Position numbers and translations under genes: made by a program. 64,000 nt of DNA, taken from the NCBI GenBank assembly GCA_028534125.1, contig CM052832.1, positions 7,194,001 through 7,258,000 of the forward strand. Reading direction: 5' to 3'. Below, piece after piece: positions 54,636-64,000 of the stretch; position 1 is the first letter of the stretch; each line of letters starts with the position of its first letter. The notes beneath the pieces were generated by a model. That model was not told where the DNA came from. It was given only the letters and a program-made list of their open reading frames with translations, and ran no database searches. Origin of the DNA: Lama glama (taxonomy: Eukaryota).

Positions 54636-57514
54636 ACACTGGAAGTTCACGGCCACACACACTTTGCACTTTCTCTCCCAACTCACGAAGTTGAGGGTGA
54701 GGCGCTTAATTAGCTGCCCCTTTCTCACCCACAAAGTACCAACAGTCATTACTGCCACCTTAACACGCCTTTTGTGGAGGGGGGGAAGAGGTTATACATG
54801 CTATTCTGGCGAGTCAGCAAATTACCCATTTTTACTGTGAAGAACAGCTTCTGTATGCCTGGGTGGCAGCGCCGCGTCTGAGGGACAGAGGAGAAACAAA
54901 AGACATTTCTTGCCCTGAAAAAGCTTACACACGCAGCTAGAGAAAGTAAGACTAGAAGATAACCAACAATGAGTTTCACAACGTTCAAAGCACCTATCTG
55001 TGTATTTGAAAGAGCTCTCTCGGGATAGATAAGAACCAAGGAGCACCATGTCAGTGCAGACGTTACAGGATCTCCTTCTAGGGGGCTGTCCCTTCAGTGG
55101 AGGCTCCTTAAGAGACTGGCCACATCTGCTTTCCATTCTAGAAACCCCCAAACATAAAAGGACAGGAGGCAACATATCCAGGAGAGGCTCAAAGATTGAT
55201 GCTGACGGGGGGAGAAATGTTCACAGGTCTCAAGTTGTCTTTGCATCAGGCAACAACAGAGACAACCACTTATTTACACCCACGGCTATGGGGAAAGCAA
55301 GCTCTCTCCTTTGAGTTGGACCAGAGCTTCTGAAGTTCAATAACTGGTATGGGGAAAAGGAAGCAGCGCCGTGCATTTCTGAAAATGGTTCGTAAAGAGT
55401 CACGGGCTCGAAGAGGATCCAGACTTTCAAGTGACTGAAAAGCTAAAGTTCACGCCTGCACACTTGAATTTGGAACACTTCGGGTCATGATAAGAGAGGA
55501 AAGAGGAGGCAGATGGCAAAGAACTGACTCTGGGAGAACAGGCTGAAGTCTTCCCAATAAAGAAGTTTGAGTGGGGAGAGCAGAGTGGGCAGAGAGCTTT
55601 ATAAAAGCCCAGGGAAAGGCACACATGGAAACTCAGGGGCTGCCATTAACAGGTTCCCTTTGGTAAATGCTTTGGTCAAACACATATGTGGGTGTGAAAG
55701 AAAGGGCCGGCTTCCTAAGAACCACTCATAACAGGGCACACCCTGGATGTGGTGCTGAATTTCAGGCAGAGACGGGAGGAAACAAGCCAAAAGGGGCCAA
55801 GCCTGAACCAGCCCACAGACGGCCCTTCCTGCTTGCGGGGCCGGCAGGCTGCTGGGTCACGTCGCAGGACAACAGGCAGCGATGTCTGCCAAAGCTCAGT
55901 GTGTCCCCAGTGAGCACCTGCTGTACTGGGGGATCCCCAGGCACTCAGGGAGCCCTGCGTGCCCCCCGTACCCCCATCTGCCTTGCCGCTCATCAGCGCT
56001 CCAAATATTTCTTGAGAAAACTGGCGTATTTAAAATGAATTGCGTAGAGTCTACAAGTTGAAGATTATCCCTCTCAATTGGGACCAGGGTCAAATAAAGT
56101 CAATAGTCTTAATGGAAAGAGGCAGATTGACCATTTCCTGTCCTCAGCTCTTTCCGTCATATTACTGTCACTCACAGTGCAAATACACTCACATTCTAAC
56201 GTCCATTAGTTCCCATTTCAAAACATTTATACTAAATGCTAAATGTTAAATTCTATGTCTTCCCTAATAACCCTTTTAACTAGACTGGATGTTTAGAACA
56301 AGCCTTCCCACTCATTTCTAATTCTCATGACGGTCTTAAAACAAACAGGCTCCTCCAAGTGCAGGGAGAGCCCTGGACTGGAGGCTCCAGCACTAACTGT
56401 GCAGTTCCTGCACCAATAATTCGCCTTCTCTGAACGTCAACTGCTTTCAGGTGTAAGGTGGGAAGGGATGGGTTCCTCTAAGATGCTTTCCTGCTATGAA
56501 ATGCTGTGATTCTAACTACTCAGAAAACTGGGCTCCCTACCCCCAGTCTTTTCTGGAGACAGGAGTCACAACAGAAATGACTGAAGCTACACTGAGCTGA
56601 TGGTGGGGTGGGAGGTGCTGGGAAAGGGAGCTGACAGGGAGGCGAGGGGCGGGGTGGGTGAGGCAAACGGCATGTCCCATCCCTGAGCGTCTGGGCTCAC
56701 ATCAGCAGAGAAGACACCCAGGGCAGGATTTTGACCCCCCTTCCATCCTCACCAGGAAATTTCTCAAACTGACCAAGGTGGCTACCAGAAGCATTTGGCA
56801 GAAGACCAAGCCAACCAATGCACAGAGCTTGAGACTGAAATTTGAGGAAAAATAGCAGCAAACAGTCTAGATAAAACCGGATGCTATGCAGGGTGCCCCA
56901 GGCATGACAAGTTATATTTCAATACAAACAATGGGAGAAGAGGGACTTAGTAAATCTGAGGAGACAATAGCAGGGGAGAGAATGAGAAATGATGCTATAG
57001 CCTAAGACATCACATCCCCTAACAAAAAGTTAAAAGAAAAACTGGGAGGAAGTTAAGCTGTTAAGACAAGCTCTGAGAAGTGCCTTCTCAGTATCACCAA
57101 CTTGGGGCCAGATGGGACTCATAATTGTCTTACAGAAAAAGACAGCATTTTCTTATTTAAAAGAAAAGGCCTAACAGAAGAAACAAGAGGCTGTACCATA
57201 CGTCACACCTAACCTGGCCTCAGCCTTGGCATGTCCCAGACCTCAGTGGTAAAGTCAGCGGAGGGAAGGGAACTAGACACAGACAGACAGGACCAGCATT
57301 TGAAAGATAGCTGAGATGTGGTGCTGACCAGGAAAAGTGACCTTAGTTCAAATCACAGCATTGAAGTGGGTGCAGTAAAGTCAAGTTCAGGCTATTCACA
57401 TCCAGGGGGTCAGATTACAGCAGCTGGGGTGTTACAGAAGGTCCCCAGGCATGCTGATTCCTGCTGTCAGATGGATAATAGTATCCATGGTTCTAAGAAC
57501 TGCTCCCGGGCATT

Positions 57515-58130
57515 CATCCACCCATCCCTCCATTTATTCATTCAAAAAATATTTATGGAGTGACTGCCCTGGTACTGTGCCGGGTACCAGGGACACTAAT
57601 GGTGAATACAGAGTTTGCCTGCCCTCACAGAGCTTATAGTTTGGTAGGAGAAACTGACATTAATAACTAGTCACATAACTCTGACAGGTGCTAAAAGGGA
57701 GATGGACTTAGCATCGTAAGAATGTACAGTGGGGGACTGTAGCCGTGCTGGGGCCGAGGGAAGGCTTCTGTAATGATGTGATGATTAAGCCAAGAACTGA
57801 AGGGCAAGCAGAAGTCCAGCAGGTAAGCAGGCGGGTGAAGAAGCTTTGGGCAGAGCGAGCAGCATGTATCAAGCTCCTGGGATGAAAGCAGTATGGTTTT
57901 TCTTGAGGATCTGAGACAGTCAGTGTGGCGGGATGACAGGCAAAAGGTTCAAACCAGAGTGAGACAAGACTGGAAAACAGGCAGGGAGGATGCAGGCCAC
58001 GCAGAACCTGCTGGGCCACGCCAGAGGTGTTGGTCTTTACCCCAGGTGCAATGGAAGGTCACTGGGGTGTTTTTCGGTACAGGGTGATGCAATCAGAAGT
58101 GCTTTTTTTTTTTTTTAAATCAGACAGCAT
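57515..58130. mobile_element. L2 LINE fragment
   Basis: CATTTATTCATTCAAAAAATATTTATGGAG...CCTGCCCTCACAGAGCTTATAGT...GGGAAGGCTTC...GCAATGGAAGGTCACTGG. Confidence 0.75.
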
Positions 58131-58399
58131 CATAATAGAAACAGGGCAGAAGTCCAGCTCAGGACTCAGCACACAGAGAAGGGTGTGTAGGGAAAACAGC
58201 AGCTGAAATGGACGCACAGGTGGAGTCCAGGAGCTGCACTCAGAACCAGGAAGCAGCCTGAGGCACTCAGCTGCCTTCACACAGCGTCAGACCCGGGGCA
58301 TGAGGCTCCCGAGATGCCCCAGCTGGATCAGATTGGCTCCGGGCATGCAAGGTGAGCCCGCGGTCAAGGGCCTTGGGCTGTGATCTGGGCAGGCGCCAC

Positions 58400-58495
58400 C
58401 TCACACCCTCTGGTTCAGGGGTAAAAGCCTGGACATTTGCACGTCTAGCGAGCTCCCTCAGTGATGTTGATATACGCCAAAGTTTGAGAACAATG
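58400..58495. mobile_element. MER5-like DNA transposon end
   Basis: TTTGCACGTCTAGCGAGCTCCCTCAGTGATGTTGATATACGCCAAAGTTTGAGAA resembles the MER5A terminus. Confidence 0.6.
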
Positions 58496-59439
58496 GGTGT
58501 AATTTTTACTGATGACAGTTAGAAAGGAAAATTACCCAACACAACTTTGATTTAATCTTCCCTATCAAGAAGAACGATCTTCAAATATGAGCAGAACAAA
58601 CATGCTTAAGAGGAAATTAAGGCCCAAGAGAGGTAAGGAGATAAGAGAGAGAGACCCACTGCTTTAAATGAACTCAAGTTTCTGCTCCGAGATGAATTAT
58701 GCCCCACAATACGGCAAGAATGTGTAGAGACTGGAAGACAAAGGGCTTCTATTTGACAGAGCAGGGTCTGCAAGTTCTTCCTTACATCAAGGAAAATTTA
58801 TCTCCTTGTAACTCCACTCACTCCTAATCTTAGCTTCGCTGTCTGGATTCTTCTCCCATGTGACAGTTATTAAATTATTTGAGGACAATGCCTTTAAAGT
58901 TTGCTACACGGTAGACAGTACTTTTACATTCTCCTACCCCATTTATCTTATCCAGAGAATGGCATTGCTATTTGTAAAATCTAAACTCCAACTAGTTTTT
59001 TGGAGCCATTGCTTGCAGTCCACTAAGAACACGGGAGTCACTTTCAATAGCCTGTGTACAATCGACGTTTCACACACTTGATCCCCACAGTGGCTCTCAG
59101 AAAGCAGAATGGGTTCACTAAAAACTTGTTTCCTAGGATCGTGAGAGCAAAAGATTAGAAGAAAGTTCCTCTATTGTGTATCTTGACCTCAACAAGATAT
59201 ATGCCTTCCCTCTAATGGGAAGTAAAGATAGTTAAGAGGCCCACCAGAAAGTGGTCATTGATACGGGTCATGGTTATGTCCAGCATCTTCAGCAGAGTCT
59301 TGAAGAATGAGAAGCAACCTTTCTATGCTTCAAGAGGAGACAAAGTTGTGAGGAACAGCCAAAACACTGGATGAAGAACCAGAACTATAAAAGAACCCTA
59401 CAAGATGGAAAGAGGAGATGAAAGAGACATCATGAAACT

Positions 59440-59650
59440 GACAAAGGACAAAAGGACAGGGTTGCACTTGGTCAACTCCAAGACAGGACGGGGGAAGCCT
59501 GCCCTAAGAGCAGAATTCTTCATGGACTGCAAGCCACAGTGTGATGGGAGGGCAAAAAGTTAACACAACCTTGGGCTGTATGAACAGAGTACTAGCGGAC
59601 TCCTACTGCCCTGGTCAGACAGAGGTAGAGGATTGTGTTCTCTCGGGGTG
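59440..59650 (+). mobile_element. L3/CR1 fragment (ancient)
   Basis: CCACAGTGTGATGGGAGGGCAAAAAGTTAACACAACCTTGGGCTGTATGAACAGA resembles the CR1/L3 ORF2 3' region. Confidence 0.55.
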
Positions 59651-62244
59651 GTGTCAGGCTGGAGCACTGGAGACGACAGGACCAGGTGTGGGGCCTCCAT
59701 CTGTCACAAGGGGACTGGTTAAAGAATGGCCAAGAACTCCCATCTATGCTCAACCTTTCCGTAAGACACCTACTTCCCTATTTCCCCAGCTCCTTCATCC
59801 TAACCTTTCCACGTGGCTGCTGCTCATTCTCCAAGGTCCCGAGATGAGCCACCTCCTCTTCAGAAGTTCTTCCACCTCTACCCTAAGCTCCCAACCTCCA
59901 GAACACTCCTCTACGTTGGTAAGCGGCTCAACATCTTCCTTGTTTCCCTGACTTGTACCGAGTCCTACTGAGTCCTGCAGAAGCTGTCTTTCCACTGACA
60001 ATCCATCACACCAGGGCCAGCTCCCATTCACAAACTGCAACCACTGCAGGAGAGAACCATGCACCTGTGCTGACTGGCTCTTCCCCGTATTTCTGTCCTC
60101 ACCTGAGTCCTCAGTGATGCTCAACCAAAGTTATTTTCCTCTCCCACCACTCACCTTGGTGACTGCCCCTAGGGTGTACTATTCTTCTTAACCCTTTTCC
60201 CTACACCCTCACCCCTCCCCACCCAAAACCACCTTCAGATCTCACCTTCCTGGGACACCAATTTCTAATTTCAGCCCTGAGAGTTCTAGAACCTAGGTTT
60301 TCTTATTAGCTGGATGGAGTTCACAATACTGACTCTTCTGAGGAATCTGTCCTTTAAACACTGTTCTAACCAATTGGCTTTAAACAGTCAGAAAAACAAG
60401 TCCTTATCAAAATAAACAAAGCTCCAGAAAGAATCTGATGGACTTAACTGGGAATAGTGCCAAACAACTTTATTCCTGGAATACTTCTGCATATATTAAA
60501 ATGAAAAAAAAGGAATGAAAATACTTTTTAAGCTGATAACATCTGTAATATATTGTTGTTGCTATTAATACCCCATAGTACAATATACACCAACTCTCTG
60601 TTTGAAGCCCTGGGTGCCCATCCACAATTAAACATCAAAATACACCACCAGAGCATCCATTTCATCAAACTGCAGGCCTGACTCTCCCCTCTCCTGGGTT
60701 TGCCCCAGAGGTTAAATATTTCATTCAGAGTAGACATTTATTCTGATCCATCTGCTGAGAGTCTGTTACAAAAGGTAAAAAGGGGTGAGAAAGGTTCCCA
60801 GGCAACTAGCAAAGGAGGAAGACATGCATACATGTGTGTACACATATATACATATGATATGCATGTATGTAAAGCTCAAACTAAATGTGAAACTAACAAG
60901 AGAAAGAGGATGCTTTGGAAAAGAATGAGAGAAAGAAACCTGGAAGACTTCCCCTGGGCAGAGTCCTTAAGTCAGGCTAGAAATGGACAGTCTTGGAGAA
61001 GGGCGAAGTGAGGCATTATGTAGGAGATGGAGATCTTTATCACAATTAGACATTAACTCTGCATCTTCTATTCCAGATAGGAGGAAATTACAAAGACGAG
61101 ATTTAGGAACTCAAGAAATTGATTTTTCTGGGAACATGACCCCTCCTGCATTTCTCTAAAAGCATAATAAAGCCAGAGAATCTTCAGTTAATAAGAGAAT
61201 TCCAACTGACAGAAGCCCAGTGACCTTGAAGGGGCTCATCTGTGGATGCTGCCAGCAATTGCGGCAACAACATGGCCTGCTGATGGCCAGGCCTTCATGG
61301 GGTCGTACTGAGCTTTACCCTTCAAAGCCAGCATGGTCTGGACCCGAACTCTGCTCTTCCTCATAAAGTGGCTGCCAGAGTTGAGGAGATGTGAAATTGT
61401 GTTCATACCTAGCACTTGTGCTGTTTCTTTCAGAAGGACTATAACCAGCAACCTCCTCCAAAGAGATTTCCTACTCACAGGTATGCAGGGAGCAGCACAT
61501 CTTCTTGGCTATCCTCCCCAAAGGATCTCAAGGGAAGAAGACAAGATGTTGCAGTGATTCAGAAATGAAAACCGCCACCAAAGTAGAAGTACTTCCAACC
61601 ACCTGCTTTTGGGGGTGCCTTTGACTTCAGTTCCTTAAGACATAGGATGCCTGCGGGTGCGTAGGACCAAGCAGGAGACCTCGTTTGACTCCCACCCCCT
61701 ACCCCTACAATTCTTCACACACTGATGGCCCCCACAGTTAGGCTTCCTGCTCAGTGACAGTCCTTGCACCCCTGGTGGGTTCATCCTCTCTCACACTCAA
61801 GCCACCGCCACCCCACCCATGCCCACTTCACTTCCTAACTCTACTCCCACTAAAGTATCGCATGGCCACTCGGTGCTTGAATAGGACAGTCATTTGAGAC
61901 ACCTATCAGCTGTGCTCCCCTACTTCTGAAAGGCTTTTGCTAGTAAATGTTTCAGGGCAAGCATGGCGGATTGAGGGCTCAGACACCCAAACACAGACAC
62001 AGCCGAAGCTCAACTGGCCGAGATCCTCCTGATGCCAAGGGGGCATGTTTGCCTCCGGGACACAGGGTCAGACTGGAGCTGGGCGGGGACGACAGTGACT
62101 GCGGAGAAGCTTGTCCTCGTGCTACGTGAAGCCTGCCAAGTTGTTTTTCAAGACAGCCCTAGAAAGGTGACCTTGAACAGAGGCTCATAAAACTGTCATG
62201 TGTTCATCAAAAACAATTATATTGCATTTTAAAACATAATTCAA

Positions 62245-62410
62245 GGGGGAGAGTACAGCTCAGGGGTAGAGCAAGTGCTTCGCATGCACAAGGTCCTGGG
62301 TTCGACCCCCAGTACCTCCATTAAAAATTAAGTAAGCAAATAAATAAAATCTCTCCCCCCATAAACAAATTAATTAAAACTGCCACTTTAAAAAATTAAA
62401 AATTAATAAA
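62245..62410 (+). mobile_element. tRNA-derived SINE, Vic-1-like (camelid), with target-site duplication
   Basis: GGGGGAGAGTACAGCTCAGGGGTAGAGC...GGTCCTGGGTTCGACCCCCAGTACCTCC contains pol III A and B boxes and is followed by an A-rich tail. It is flanked by TAAAACATAATTCA (62230-62243) and TAAACCATAATTCA (62411-62424). Confidence 0.85.
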
Positions 62411-63504
62411 TAAACCATAATTCAGATACTCCTAATGCATCCCTTTGATGAATGTATCATCGCTGAGGGTCCTAAATAATATCCAGTGGAGAAAGAAAAA
62501 GAAATCGGTCCCCTAGGACACACGTCCCTGAGATTGTCAGCAACAGGCCAGACTCAACGGCCACGAGGCCGGCTGCCCGCTAAGGGTCTGGAACTCACAG
62601 TCAACTGCACTAGCTCAACAGGATTTCAGCAAGCCATCTCTTGAAGGGTCCACTTCCTCCACCCATAAAATACGTACTTTTCAGAACTGTTTTAAGGCTA
62701 AAGTAAGTTTTGCTTTATGCAAAACTAGTTTGTAAATGGTGAAGGGCTGCACAGATGAAAGTCACTGGGTGCTGACATGCGAGGAAGCTGGGCCAGGTTA
62801 GAAGTACACTTCAGCCTCCCGAGGGCGCAGGGTGGTTAGGAGCGTAGGACCCTCCAGCCATGTAGATCTGGCCTTAATTCCTGTATTTATGACTCACTGG
62901 TTGTCAGCAGGACCTTGAGCAAGTTATTCAGCCCCTCTGCCCCCCGGTTTTCACAATAATGCCACCCACCTCATAGAGCTGTCGTGGGAAATGCGTACGT
63001 CAGCCTCATCAGAACACCACACAGTCAGTAAGTGGCAGCTCACAGTAATCCAGCCAGATAGGTACTGGAAAAATAACAGGGCGAAGATAACACCAGGCCA
63101 CACTTCCTGAAGAAGCCAACAACCAAATTCCTTCATCACCAAACCAGAAGTCAGCAAGCAACAGGCACAGCAGAAGACGCCAAGACCAAAAGAACATGGC
63201 CCTACATTTTGAAAGTTCAAAGTCTGATGGCGAAGACAGAGGTGTACACAAAATAACTGTCACTACGTGCCACGGTGGTGTGGGAGCCTTAGACTCAGCT
63301 TGGGTGGGTGGGAAGAGGCCTTACGGAGGTGCCAGCGCTTGATCTGAGTTCTGAAGGAAGAGGAGAAGCGTGACCGCCCTGAATTCCCTCCTGGGCGGCG
63401 GCAGCAGCTTCCTGAATGATAAGCCTGCTCCTGCCACTGCCCCCTTACCATCCACGCTCCCCACAGCAGCCAGAGTGAGTTCTTACGAACACGGAGATGA
63501 GACG

Positions 63505-63767
63505 GGGCAAGGGCCGGGGAGGGATAAGTTAGGAGTTTGGGATTAACAGATATACATTACTATGTACAAGATCAATAAACAAGGACCCACTGTAGAGCAC
63601 AGGGAACTATATTTAATTTCTTGTAATAATCTACAATGGAAAAGAATCTGAAAAGAATATACATATGTATGTATGTGTATAACTGAATTGCTTTGCTGTA
63701 CACCTGAAACTAACATGGTAAATCAACTATACCTCAATAAAAAACAAAATTTAAAAAAAACATAAAA
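63505..63767 (+). mobile_element. Cetartiodactyl-type L1 3' end
   Basis: GGAGTTTGGGATTAACAGATATACATTACTAT...CAAGGACCCACTGTAGAGCACAGGGAACTATATT...GTACACCTGAAACTAACA...CAATAAAAAA. Confidence 0.84.
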
Positions 63768-64000
63768 ATTAGATGATGTCATTCTCCTGCTTCACATCCT
63801 TTGATAGCACCTCACTACCACCAGAACAAAACCCCGCTACTCACCAGGGCCTGGGAGACTCTCTGTAACTGAGCCCCCGCCTGGTCCCCTAGTTCACCCC
63901 ACTCTCCCCGCCCCACCCCTGCCATCCCCTGAACACACCGCACTTACTGCTCCCTGACAGCCTTTGCCTGACTTTCCTGCTGTTCCTCACAGGCTCTCAA

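Noticed and set aside
62245..62318. tRNA-Ala-like sequence as a tRNA gene
   Set aside because: It has degenerate stems, an A-rich tail and a TSD, so it is a SINE head.

Overview
Mammalian genomic DNA containing the 3' half of RUNX2 on the minus strand. Three coding exons are present: 48278-48117 (162 nt, DPRQAQ...VPRRIS), 18485-18420 (66-nt cassette, [22 protein letters not shown]) and 16827-16349 (terminal exon, GASELG...PPPY...VWRPY*). All have canonical AG/GT boundaries and phase-1 junctions. A ~3.8 kb 3' UTR ends near an AATAAA at 12554-12549. The Runt-domain exons lie beyond the right edge, and 1-12500 is non-coding DNA downstream of the gene. Two tRNA-derived SINEs resemble camelid Vic-1, and several L1 3' ends are of cetartiodactyl type, so the source is probably a camelid. 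The rest is intron/intergenic sequence with MIR, L2, L3, L1M, MER20, MER5 and microsatellites. I found no new multi-gene system. The best leads are: (1) a Ser-to-Pro change at the position of the RUNX2 ERK/p38 phosphosite (human S312, mouse S319), which creates an adjacent Thr-Pro; (2) a 142-codon alternative-frame ORF whose ATGs come only from the cassette exon; (3) an RNA G-quadruplex just downstream of that exon; (4) a candidate intronic regulatory element at 25.2-26.3 kb. Comparisons with human/mouse and repeat family names are from memory and need alignment or RepeatMasker confirmation. Repeat boundaries are approximate.
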